35,165 nt of DNA, taken from Priapulus caudatus. Taxonomy: Eukaryota. The notes beneath the pieces are model-generated. The model made no database searches. It had not been told where the DNA came from and was given only the letters and a program-made list of their open reading frames with translations. Below are positions 13,365-24,876 of the stretch, piece after piece (the stretch's first letter is position 1; each line of letters begins with the position of its first letter). Location of the stretch: the NCBI RefSeq assembly GCF_000485595.1, contig NW_014577092.1, positions 560,192 through 595,356 on the forward strand, read 5' to 3'. The translations under genes were made by a program, and so were the position numbers.

Positions 13365-14994
13365 AGTCTATCATTAAAAGTGTCGGGTAGTGACGACTCC
13401 GCGTGTCTAGTAGCATCACATACAGATAGCGGCGATATTAATCTACTTGTGCGCATGCGCACGACTTGCACACTTCGCGACGTATTGGTGTAGTAGTAAG
13501 CAATCGTGACTTAAATGCACCACATAGAAACAATCACCATTATTTCAGTGTGACCAAATCAATAAGAAAATATACATTATATTTATATATATACAATATT
13601 TGACATTTATTTACATATATTTACATATATATATATACCTGTAAAGAACATGTAAAAAATATATCAGTAAGATCTACTTTTAGGACGATCCCTCTGATAC
13701 AACATTACAGAGCTGCTTTTGTTGGTGAAATCGATGTTAAATCAACAATAATATGCACACACGTTGTATGCACTGTTTTTTACTGTGCCGTTCAAACCTA
13801 ATTTCCACACAAACACGCTCCCGCAAACACAATGACTCCCCCAAGTGTAAATGCAGATACGTGTAAGTTGCTGTCGCCGAAACTAATGAGACACATCGAC
13901 AACTTGTACTTTTATCTTTCACTCCAACTAATTCGCCCATTTATCAGTTTAGCAATGAAACTACAGCGACGATGTGGCATCGAGCTGTGCTTCTCTTTCG
14001 TCGTCGCCTCCCGTTATCTGTACGCTTCTCACTCACAGACGCGACTAAGTATCTTTATCTGCATCGGATATAAACCGTCATCGTTATAAATGCAGGCAAT
14101 ATTTTGGCAGACGTTGTGCCACTGCCGCAACCAGCACGCGCACGGCGCACATCGCTGTTATCGCACGCCAGCCGCTCCTCGGCAAACCGCACTTGTGCGA
14201 CGTTCCCCCGCCGCCGCCGCCGCCGCCGCACACGCATACCGGCAGCTTTGCGGCTATAGATTTACGGGTAGATTTATGCCCTGCAGAGCAAACATTGATC
14301 CCGCGGCACCGGCCCCGCTCGCTCAGCGCGATTCCCGGCTCACGCGTCATCCATGTTCGGGGCCCAATTTCAAGCGCGCGCTAGCTGGATCATACACTAC
14401 GACGGGCACCCGCGCTTTCGCAGAGGAGAGGTCAAGTCGGGAGATGATCCGCCGTGTAAAGGCGCCATTTATAGCAGGATATAGTTGTCATATATCCGCG
14501 TAGGTTATGCACGCTAGCTGCATAAATTAGCACATGTCGCGCAGCAGATGTTATCAGTATAATATTTACGGGGCACAGGACCGCAAACCTTAGTGATGTA
14601 GTACGAATATTCGGCGATTTACGTGGTGCCTACTCGTAATAACCCTGAGACACGAGCGCGGTAGTACGCATCTCGTATCACACATTGTGGGCGCCCGCGA
14701 CTCAGGTTTAACAGAAAATATACTTACACAAATTCGTTCGGACGTATGTATTGAAAATACATCGAACTAATATAACCGCATCATCGGAGGAAAGACGGGT
14801 TATGAGGTCGACGCCATCCGCCACACCCAAGCCCCCGTAAATCAACAATGTTTCCACGTATATGCCGTATCGCATACATCGCCGGGCTGTGCGCGCGCTC
14901 TCGCCCCGCCGGCAGCGGCAAAAATGCCATTGCTGCACACGAGCCGAAAAACCGGGAGCTCGACATCATACTCCATGACAGCTGAGTCAGTTTC

Positions 14995-15074
14995 GCAGCA
15001 GCAACAGCAGCGGCAGCAGCAACAGCAGCAACAGCACCAACAGCAGCAGCAGCAGTAACAGCAGCAGCAGCAGT

Positions 15075-15105
<31 letters not shown>

Positions 15106-15209
15106 AAAACAACAACAACAACAACAGCAGCAGAAGCAGAAGCAGCAACAGCAATAGCAACAACAACAGCAGCAACAACTTCAGCAGCAGCAGCAGCAGC
15201 AGCAGCAGC
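14995..15209. repeat. Imperfect (CAG/CAA)n trinucleotide repeat
   Basis: Directly visible. The Gln frame is interrupted by TAA/TAG stops. Confidence 0.9.
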
Positions 15210-16702
15210 GTTTTACGTGAGAATCGCTGTGTACTAGCGAGCAGCAATGGCGTACGCATGCACGCTACGACGAGGATTGCGAAGGACGGAGCCTGTCTTT
15301 TCTCCCCGCGTTCTCTCGAGTTTCTCTTTTTCTCAACGTTAATCCGTAACATTGGCGGCGATATCCGATTGACTACGTCGTCTTCTCGTTTATTCTGTGT
15401 TAGAAAGACTATTGGGTCTACGCCATCGCGTAGTGATTTTGCCAGAGAAAGAGCTGAACAAATGTTGAACGTTTTACAACGAGCATGTAACGGCGCGCAA
15501 CTGTATTTACTCCGAACCAATCAACGAAACTCCGGCTTAACAAGTATACCGCCTGTTTTCCTAATCGAAGCTTGATATTTTGAGCACGGCGATTAGTACG
15601 TTAATTAACCACCTATAGACGTCGGTACGAAGTGGGGGCTACGAAATCTAGGTTGAGAACTCTAGGACCGTGGAATTAATCGTCCAAGGCAGTCCAATTC
15701 CAACAGGTTCGAATTTTCTCACGTTACAACCGACAGTGCCTTGTCGTACTTTCCCGTGACATTCTGTATCATCTCCGCGGACTTAATACCATCTAGAATA
15801 GAAACTACTCAAAACAATAGCACATTAGACACAAGGGTAAAGTAAATCGGTAGCTTAACAACGGCGGCGTAGTAGGTGCATGTGTATTTGAGCTTCTATA
15901 TGTAATTATTACTGTAATTTTCATGCGGTTCCCTAGATAGTAGCTAACAGACATGTATTAAGTCAGTCAAGTGCGACCCAAACAGCTTTACAGATGGCTC
16001 ATTCATGCAAATGAGAAACCGCAGCTGATACAAATATTTTTTACTTTTACACTTATGACGCATATATGTATAAATTATTTCTCTAAATTTGATTATTTAT
16101 TATCAGCATTTATCTATATCAAAGAGTGCCAAATATAATCAGCGTGCGTGGTATTACACAAAAATTCAATTCGGAATTCAGTTCAAAATCAGTTCATATA
16201 TGTAAAAATGAAAATGTTGTCTGTTATGCATATTATTAATCCTAACTAACCTTTTTATTGTTTTAGTTAATCATTCGTGGTCAAATTGATACATCATTTC
16301 CCTAAATTTACAGGGCTTTCACGAAACTATAACGTGTTCAGATAAGCGCGTCCGCCATCTTTTATTTGGACCGAACGGTCAAGTTGTCCGAATTTCTATA
16401 TTTATAGCCATCTTAGGAAAACTCCCGTTTGGTAAGAGCTCTGGAATTTATTTTATCATCATCGTACTTACCTATTTATGTCGCAATTGCTACTTTTCGT
16501 TTATGAAACTTAGATAGAATGTAACTTTGCCAGTTTCCGTAGTTCTCTTTACGTCAAAAGCATTGAAATTTATATTTTATCTCCGTCGTACTTACGTGCT
16601 ATGTGCAATGCTCGCAACCTTTCAACTCATCTACAACACTACCTAGAATGTAACCTAGCTAGTTTGTGATTTATTTCAGCTGCTCGTTGATAATTGTGCG
16701 TA

Positions 16703-17050
16703 GAACGAGTGTGATGACATACGGGTGAGAATCGGCTGCATGGTAGACACATCGCAAATTTTTTATTTGAACTATGGGACAGACGTTTGATATGTGATAA
16801 TAAAATCAAGCTACTTACGACAGTTAGTTTGGCACGCCCGTGTGTACGGCATCACGATGACATGCCCAAACCGCGATTCATACGACTCAGTACGCGTATG
16901 CTTTGAATCATTCCCACATACGTTATAAATATTCAACACGAGTAAAACAGAGACGCTATTGTGCTCCGTGTAAGTTCGAAAGAATGGCTGAACACATTCT
17001 ACACGCCTGCTGATGAGGGACTCATGAGAAGTACGAGCATCAAATGCACG
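16703..17050 (+). mobile_element. Highly degraded non-LTR retrotransposon fragment (RTE-like, post-RT region)
   Basis: Frameshifted pieces DDIRVRIG / ELWDRRL..NKIKLL / LVWHARVYG resemble the 'I..RI..A...W....K..L....V.P...YG' region of RTE-clade ORFs. Confidence 0.4.
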
Positions 17051-17183
17051 ACTGTATAGGAGTTGATTCTACCATAAATATTTGAGCCTTCCTTGTGATC
17101 GATGCATAAAAATCGCCCGTTAATTGGCATTAACTGTTGTAAAGAAAGCGCTGCTACACTAGCTATATATATANNNNNNNNNN

Positions 17184-17228
<45 letters not shown>

Positions 17229-17865
17229 TTCACATGGATAAGTAAGCAACGAACGAATGAACGTAATAATCATCTCTGGCCGTTGGCGTCATCTAAAGAT
17301 GCTTTTTTTCACGATATTATAAATAGATTATAGCCATAATAACGTCGAATATATCCAAATAATTCAGGAACACTACGCCAACCACTCACAATGCACATGA
17401 TCTAGTTTAGATAAAAATTAATCTATAAATATTAAGTACGATAACATTATGTCTAATTACGCTTTTCAGCCGTACTAATATCAAATTACCTTTCATATAA
17501 GCGACTTAAATATCTCATGTAGGACACTCGTCTGCGAACATTCGTCAGCCTGGAAATTTACCTACGCTAAACTCAGCAACTGTATTAAACAATACAGCGG
17601 CTGTCACGAAAATCCAGCGTAACCAATCATCTTTCTTATCTACGCTTATTCACTGCCCATGGCCACGCCTACTAACGACGGGCTTGACGTAACCCAGTGG
17701 TGCCATCTATTAAAGAGAAATCATACCATTGAAACTGCCTTAATCCTGCGCGTAAGGAAGGCGAATCATTTTCCATTGTCGGCCAGACTCGTTTGATTCA
17801 TTGATTCCGTATACTTTGTTAAAATGGCAATAAATCTGACACCTGTGCTTGCTGGTGTTCTCCCG

Positions 17866-18047
17866 GGGCCCGTTTTAAGAAACCAAATTAGTATTGACAT
17901 TGGTCTTAACATTAATTTAGTCTCGTTGACTGATGACAGAAACGACGAAAGTTACGAGTTTCTCATACGCAGTATAATGGAGTGTATGGGAGAAAGTTAA
18001 TGTTAAGACTATTGTTAAGACGAATTTTGTTTCTGACAATGTGGCCC
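17866..18047. mobile_element. About 180-bp MITE with gggcc...ggccc ends
   Basis: Imperfect long TIRs (gggcccgttttaagaaac...gtcttaacattaa / ttaatgttaagac...gtttctgacaatgtggccc). Same family as 7763-7828. Confidence 0.7.
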
Positions 18048-19132
18048 AAGGCACTATGATACCACTACCCTTGATTTTTTCATGACCAACGATGCTGTAG
18101 AATCAAGGCCAGTTGAGTGAAAATGGTTCTACTGAAAACTATATCTACCATATATATATATCGGAATACCTTCCAATAGCAATCAATTCCTGCGCGACCT
18201 TAAAGTAAAAATCCCCTCACCCCAGTGTAAAGTTATACTCTCGGCTTTTTGGATAACCGATTCACAAATTGTTGAACATTTAATAAACTATCTCCAATTA
18301 ACAAGTGTGGCATCTCTAGAAATTCTAGATGTATGGTTCTTAATAAAAACTGACGTAGATTTTATTATCTTAAGCTAGTAACAAAATATCCGTGCTACTT
18401 CTTTAAAAAAGATCCAATTTTTGAAGATCTTATATTAATTTCCTGAGGGTGTATCAGGAATACTCTTGCATACTCATTGTCCGTTACTCTGAACTTACGA
18501 AAGAGGAAAAAGAGCTCTCGCTACAAATCGAATAATTAGAAGTCTAGTGCTCTAAAACAATAATAAATAGTGTTAGGAATTGGACTAAGTAGGTCCCACA
18601 CGATAATTAGCTCAAACAGAAAAGACTGGAGTTTCGTCGCACGCTGGTTTATATAAATTTAAAATCAGCGCCTAGGTTATGACGAATGTGCCAAATATCC
18701 CACAAAACCACTTAACGTGGCTAACCATGTAACTTGTAATTCAGCCAAAGTCTGTTGCACTTGCAAGCATCAAACAGAGCCTTTCAAGAATGGCGCTGTA
18801 TAACACATCGCGGAAATCTGTACAAATTGCAAAACATTAAAACTAAAGTGGGATAAGTGTTAACATGATTTTTAAGGGAGGTCATTTTGTTTCCGCTTGT
18901 CTGCATGGCTATTTCGTGTTTGTCAATAGCTCATGTGCCATGTATTGTTTTTAACCATATTTCATATGTTAATATTTAAAAATTATAAATACATTGATGT
19001 TCTTTCATTTTGTATTTAATTTGCAAATAGTCGATTCATTTTTTCGAAGTGCGGGAATTTTATATGTAATGTTACATATTTGTTCTCAACCATGCTTTAT
19101 ATTTATATTCTAATTATAAATTTATTTCAGAA

Positions 19133-19385
19133 TGAATTGGGTATTCTTTAGCGATTTTAACCTGTTTATATAAACTGCCTAATTACGTTATTATGTGCTT
19201 ATTATGTGCTTATTATGTGAATTGGGTATTCTTTAGCGATTTTAACCTGTTTATATAAACTGCCTAATTACGTTATTATGTGCTTATTATGTGCTTATTA
19301 TGTGTTTATTATGTGCTTATTACGTGCTTATTATGTGCTTATTATGTGCTTACGTTATTATGCGCACATAACGTTATTATGTGCG
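19133..19385. repeat. 85-bp tandem duplication ending in an 11-bp (TTATTATGTGC)n array
   Basis: Identical units start at 19133 and 19218, and the 11-mer is expanded after the second copy. Confidence 0.9.
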
Positions 19386-20573
19386 CTATTTTTCAACATT
19401 GTTGTCCAGTAAACTTATGAGCCATAACCATGATTCAACCATAGCCATGTGTTCGTCCGTGATTAACAACGCGTTGCATTGTGGCAGTGTTATACAATGT
19501 TTTGTTATCAAACTACACTGAATACTATTAAGGGCTTTTAATAGGAGACCCTAGAGTACCCGTACCTTGTTCCTATGATAAACTATATTGGCGGTCAGCA
19601 CATCGATCTGTATGATGCTGTGCTCTAAGGATAGGTGTCGCCACCGCTCGACAATTCTTTGATCAAGCTCACGGTAATACGGTGGGAAATCATTTCCCAT
19701 AGGCAGACCGCCACCCTACGTTACCTATAGTGGGGCAGATACGCGAAAATTTTTTGGGTTTTGTGGTAAAAGCACCAAATTTGGCACATATGATGTTAAG
19801 GGTATACTAAATAATTTCAGATACAGCGCCAAGCTAAATTTTTTCCTTACGCTCGTGACAATAGAAAACCCAAGATGGTCGCCACGGGATTCTAAATAGC
19901 TATTAATTGTTATCTTCGTAAATATTTAACATAAAATCATGAATAAAGTGTCTTTTAATTAGTTATTTGGCTTGCAGAATCTAATGGTGTAATTATTTCA
20001 GTGAAAATGCATATATTTTAGGATATGACACAGGTTATTGCCAAAATTAAAGATGGCCGCCGCGTGATTCGTGCGCACTATTTCTCGTGTAGAAAAGAGC
20101 AGTTTTCTCGAATTTTTCGTGGCAAATTTCGTCATTAGAGTGCAGAAATGTGCATTGCACACGCGAGATGGATGTCCGATAGACGTCTGGAAATGATTGA
20201 ATTTTTAATCGGTTTTGTAGAAAAATTGTGCAAATGCGTGGGTTGTCGTAGCCATGGTGACCAGGCAGCTGCGTTTGAGAGTTGAGGGGTACCCGACAAA
20301 CATGGTGGAATTTCGCATCATAGAGCTGGCAAAAGTTTCGAGTGAAGATTGTACGGTTAATGTGCAGTGATTTTGCATGAATAAAATGCATGCTGCGTGT
20401 TTATAGCAACTGTTTACGTATTTTTAATTATTTTCTGTGTGCTGCTCATTCAGGCCTGCTGCCTATGGACGCCCTCTACTGTTGGAAAACACCTTAAAGT
20501 CAGCCGTGGGGTGAGTGTTTACGCTATAGAATCACCGAAAAACGTGGTTTTCGAGAACTACTTTCAGTGCAGA

Positions 20574-20864
20574 ATGCAGGAGAGGCATTTTGAACGACTC
20601 AGTGAGCAGCGAAAGTTAATTTTTTTGCACAAAATACTCGAAAAAAGTGTAAAAAACCAACATGGTTGCATGATTTGGACGGGGGCATGCTACAATTCTA
20701 GTACTAAAAGTAAGACGTACGGCCGAATTCGCTACAAAAAGGTCTGCGTGAATGATTTGGGCAATGAAATTGTAAAATATGCATCCTGCCGAACTCACAG
20801 GCTTATTTACGCCATCAACTGTGGTCGTATGCCCGATGATCTTGACGTATCGCACAGGTGTCAC
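20574..20864 (+). pseudogene. His-Me finger (HNH/His-Cys box-like) endonuclease, truncated inside the active-site motif
   Basis: GCMIWTGA...YGRI...THRLIY...DLDVSHRCH matches the 'C..W.G...YG...HRL.Y...VSHLCH' pattern of zf-His_Me homing-type nucleases. The expected 'N..C.N..HL' is lost at the junction near 20865. Confidence 0.82.
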
Positions 20865-20869
20865 GAAAC

Positions 20870-21307
20870 GGGGCGCTGTGGGCTCATGTATTGTACATCC
20901 GTCTGCGCTCACACGAACACCGGTTCGCCATCGCGGACGTACCTTTCGTGCAGCATGGCCTTTAGCTGCCTGAGAAGCTCGTGATTTTCGCGCATGGCTG
21001 TCTCCGCAAATTCCTGCAGAACGGGTGAGAGCTCGTTGACGGCTTTCTGCATCGTGATGGTGCTCGGCATCGCTACGTCGAGGTGCGCTAAGACATACCG
21101 CGTATCGGTGACAGCACCCCCGAAGCTGCTGGCCGCCACTGCGAGCCTCGTGTTCGGAACTGCCGGCCGTGGACCCTTCGAAGCGCCTGTCCTCCTCTCC
21201 CCTTCCGTGTAGAGCTTCGTCGGCGCACTCTTGTATTTGCACCCTTTGCACGCCAGCACCCCTATGTAGGCTGCTCCGATGCTCTTGCCAGCCAGATAGA
21301 GCACGTG
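20870..21307 (-). pseudogene. Kolobok/Mutator-like DDD/E transposase fragment (KolobokP type)
   Basis: G.....LACKGCKYKS..KLYTE....KGPRPAVPNTRL...PSTITMQKAVNEL...AM resembles the N-terminal half of this family. After a single TGA (20909-20911, plausibly CGA>TGA) the frame continues AQTDVQYMSP, resembling the first catalytic-D motif. Confidence 0.78.
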
Positions 21308-22248
21308 TCATTTACGAAGATAAAACATTTAGGCCTAATTGATATTTATAATCCCGAGGCGGCCATCTTGGATTTTCTATTGTTATGGGTGTTACGGAAA
21401 AAATCCAGCTTGGCACTATATCTGAAATCATTTAACTAGTGTACTCGAAACATCATACATGCCAATTTTGGTGCTTTTATTATAAAACCCACAATTTCTT
21501 CTAATATTTACACATATACCTGCCCCACTATTAGAGGACAAGCGACCATTCGCTACCTTCAGCGACGATTTAATAGGAGCGGAGTAATTGTTTGTAATGA
21601 GCTGTCTTGTACTTATACGCGTTAACATTGCGCGCCAGCAGGGGCGACTAACACACTCACAACACAAAACACTAAAACACAACTCAAGTTAGCAGTCGCC
21701 TTCTTGTGCAATTCTATAATCTCGTAATCTCGTATTGGTAGCCCATAACTAAGGGACTCGAATACGTAGTTCTACGTCGTCCATCGGATCGGTAGAAGAC
21801 ACCGCGAACAGCGGAAAAGAAGACTTCAATGTCACAGTTTACTAAAGATGATAAGAAAGAGTTTCATTTAAGAATTACCGAAACAATGAAAGCAAATTCG
21901 AATCGGTCCCTTGTAGATGAATTATTAGATTATAGGAATGTTATATCTACGTGCATAAACAACAGGCCTTTCTCACGTTCTCTTTTACGCTTATACGTTC
22001 TTCGTATAGTACACGTATACTCGCTGGCTATCGGGTGGGGATTTTGTCTATTTGTCAGCACATTGTTGATTCAGTTGTATACGAATGCGAATGTGTCCGC
22101 CGCTGCCTTGCCACGCGAGATTCGGTTACGTACATTACGTAACATGCCCGAGGAAAACGATGTTATTACAGCACTGGTCATATTCCGCCGCAAGTGAAAT
22201 TTCCGGTCGTACGTTTTAGTCTGTATCTCCGGATTGCGGGTGTATACG

Positions 22249-23394
22249 AATACACTACAGACAGTCGACAAACGTGCATAGGCCTACACTAGCTATTATA
22301 AAAAGCTGCGTTTGATAGCTAGAGTAGATGCAGTAAAATCGGTAAAATTTCTGAAATCTCACGATGTAAACAAACTCAAGTCTATGAACATAATATGTGT
22401 TGCGTGCAATCCAATTCTGCCCAATCTACGAATCTGCCGACTGTGTGGCAGCCTCATTGAACTGTAGCACATAAAACCCACGCTGATAAACCTGTCTGGT
22501 AAATCGGGATCCTCTTACCTCTTCTTCTTCCTTCTTTCTTTTTTTTCTCTCATTTTTGAATCTCAGGGGGGATATTTGTACAGGCCATCCCCCTTCCTTC
22601 AAGAGCAGGGGGGAATGCATCTCCCCATCCCCCCGGGATTTACGCCCGTGTTAGTGACTGCGGAGCGCTGCGCATAGCGCAGCCGCATAGCGCGCGCTGC
22701 ACGGAGCGGGGACGCGGGGTGCTCGAGTTTGAAAGAAAAATGAAAATAACGCCTAAAAATACCGCATTTCCTTGCACATTTTTCTATATTATATCATATT
22801 TTACTTGTTGTTGTTTCATTAAAATCATTATGATTTGGGCAGAAGAAAAATTTGTCATCATACATTCCTTGGGTACTCACACCATTTATTGGCTAATAAG
22901 GCCGACCAAAAAAATACCTTTGGTTCGGGTCACCCGCCCGCTCTTCACATTTCGGAGTGAAAAATGTGCGACTGCGGTCACTTTTAGAAAGTTTCAAAAA
23001 AAAAAAATTCATATATCCGACTCTTGTCATTTTACTTACCTAAAGAGAGTTCCAAAATATTTTTTATGATGAAAAAGATGCAAGAAAACGTATCGTAAAA
23101 CGCAGTTTCATGCATGTTTAGAATACCGTCTAGGATGGTAGAAGTAGAGGATATCTTTTGAGCTACGCGATTGGCTGGACTGTTTACAAATACTAAACGT
23201 AATAAACAAGATAATACCGGGGCCTTCATAATAATAAGGGCCCTTCTGTTCTCTCTCCCTCTCTTTTCCCTCTTTCTCTCCCTCCTCTCTCTCTCTCACA
23301 CACACTCTCTCTCTCTCCCTTTTCTCCTCTCTTTTTTTCTTTTTTTAATGTTTGTTTGGGACAGAGGCAAGGGGGGTGTTTAACACCCCAAACA
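22249..23394 (+). mobile_element. Partial copy (right half) of the hAT-like element at 30443-32845
   Basis: Colinear with about 31591-32823 (gtcgacaaacgtgca...ggggtgtttaacac). It ends just before the right TIR. Confidence 0.85.
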
Positions 23395-23963
23395 TCTCTC
23401 TCTCTCTATATATATCTTTATAACATATATCTATATATCTCTAACTCATCTAGCATTTTTAAACACGGTACTGTTTATACCAGTTCTTCTTGGTGTGAAA
23501 GCTAGAGTTGTCGAGTTCCATAATTGTTTCTCGTGGACACACACGGCTCACAGGCGCATACCGATCCGCTGTGGATTCCTTTTCTACCTCATTATTTTTC
23601 TCCTTCTCTTCTTCTCCTCTTCTTTCTTCTCCTCTACCTCCTTCTCCTCGATTTTTTATGATCGCCGTCATCGGCAATCTCGATCGTCCTCCTCTTTTTC
23701 CCTCCTCTCTCTTTTCTCCCCTCTCCTCCTCCTTCGCCTCTCCTCCTCATATTGTTGTTATAGTCGTCAGTATCGACCGACGATATTTACTCATTTCTAT
23801 CGCCGTCGTTGTCGTCGTCGCCACGGATTGTCTTCATCTTCCCACATGCTGTTTTTTGTCTTCATCATCGGCGACGGCGGGAGAGCAGCCTTTACCACGT
23901 CCATAGTCCTGACCGTCTGCAGGTCGGTCGCTCGGCACGCGGCGGCGGCGGGGGGGGGGGATG

Positions 23964-24449
23964 CTAATGCGCGTATCCAACCTGCGTCAGCTGCAGCGCC
24001 GACGTGTGCGCGCCGATGCACGGCCGACACAGGCAGCTGCTGGGCGCGGCGACGTTCACGACGACGTAGCGATGCCGACGCTTATAGCAGGTGAGTTTGA
24101 CGCGCGCGACGCGCTGCCCGCTCTCCTGGCAGCACTTGCACGAGCGCTCGACGTGCACGGAGTTGGGCACGAGTTCGATGAGGCGCACGTAAGACGTGCA
24201 TGTACCGCCGCAGGCGAACGACGCGAGGGGGTAGAGCCGGCAGCCGGGCACGCGCACGACGTGCAGCACGCGCCGCAGGCGGCACTCGGAGCGCGTGCCA
24301 TTGGCGACCGTCGACGCACGAGCCGAGGCAGCGGCGTAGACGACGTTGCCGCACGCTATCGGCGGCGACAGCGAGCGACTGCCGATGGCGAGGATGAGCG
24401 TCAGGAGAAGCATGGGCGCGGCGTGGCCCGACGACGACGTCGGCATCAT
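23964..24449 (-). CDS. burs: Bursicon alpha subunit (cystine-knot neurohormone), 161 aa, single coding exon
   Basis: gccATG start and hydrophobic signal-like segment (MLLLTLILAIG). Eleven Cys are spaced C-x13-C-x9-C-x3-C-x19-C-x-CC-x13-C-x17-C-x-C-x2-C. Bursicon-alpha motifs V.HV...PGC...P..SFAC.G.C.SY, ERSC.CCQESG.R.A.V.L.C and AP..C.CRPC are present. The frame is intact with GC-rich codons. Confidence 0.93.
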   Translation of the reverse strand: MMPTSSSGHAAPMLLLTLILAIGSRSLSPPIACGNVVYAAASARASTVANGTRSECRLRRVLHVVRVPGCRLYPLASFACGGTCTSYVRLIELVPNSVHVERSCKCCQESGQRVARVKLTCYKRRHRYVVVNVAAPSSCLCRPCIGAHTSALQLTQVGYAH

Positions 24450-24792
24450 GGCTGACTGCTGGTAGCGTCGCGTCGTCGACGAAAAGCGATGGGCGCGAGC
24501 GACGCTGGAAGTGTCGGAGCTAGCGAGCGGTGGCGGCAATGCGCGCGCTCGTGGCGGCCGCGGCGGCGTTCCTTTGGGCTGACCGAGTGACGGCGCACCA
24601 CCTCATAATACTCTGAGCGCTGTCTGGCACGATATCTCACGCACGGTTGATGCTCGCACGGACGCACGCACGCAGGCACTGCGGAGTCGCTTCCGTTGTG
24701 ATACAAAGTGATTACGTTCCACGCGCACACGGAGGTGGACAGCACATCAACGAGGCGTCGGCGATTTTGGCTCTACCTGTCCACTGCGCCGC

Positions 24793-24876
24793 TTATAACC
24801 GACGATCGACGCCGGCGCCAGCCAATCAGCTCGCGTCATCGACGACGCAGACGCGCCAACGCGACGCTGTGATTGG
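24793..24876. promoter_or_regulatory. Candidate promoter: TTATAA plus two oppositely oriented CCAAT boxes
   Basis: TTATAA at 24793-24798, AGCCAATCAG (CCAAT 24822-24826) and GTGATTGGCT (ATTGG 24872-24876), in CpG-rich DNA about 350 bp upstream of the burs ATG. Confidence 0.55.

Larger units (their letters stand above)
19728..21530. mobile_element. TIR element with Academ-like TAG...CTA termini carrying KolobokP-like cargo
   Basis: Imperfect TIRs of about 200-220 bp (19728-19923 / 21310-21530): tagtggggcag...aaaagcaccaaatttggca...ccaagatggtcgcc...tatcttcgtaaat and its reverse complement. Flanks are cta/tta, a possible 3-bp TSD with one mismatch. Confidence 0.8.

Noticed and set aside
14976..15520. 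PolyQ or polyL coding exon
   Set aside because: The Gln frame after ATG has in-frame stops. The poly-Leu ORF is the antisense reading of a microsatellite.
18170..18860. Possible decayed CR1/L2 LINE pieces
   Set aside because: The resemblance (e.g. QTEPFKN) is faint and too degraded to support by eye.
21829..22197. 122-aa ORF MSQFTKDDKKEF
   Set aside because: It could be a retroelement ORF1 start, but no domain is recognisable.
23964..24449. Assignment as GPA2/GPB5 or a DAN/gremlin protein
   Set aside because: The 11-Cys spacing and the SFAC.G.C.SY, ERSC.CCQESG and C.CRPC motifs fit bursicon alpha better.
23961..24455. Plus-strand 164-aa ORF and other frames overlapping burs
   Set aside because: These are shadow ORFs of a GC-rich coding sequence with no recognisable motifs.
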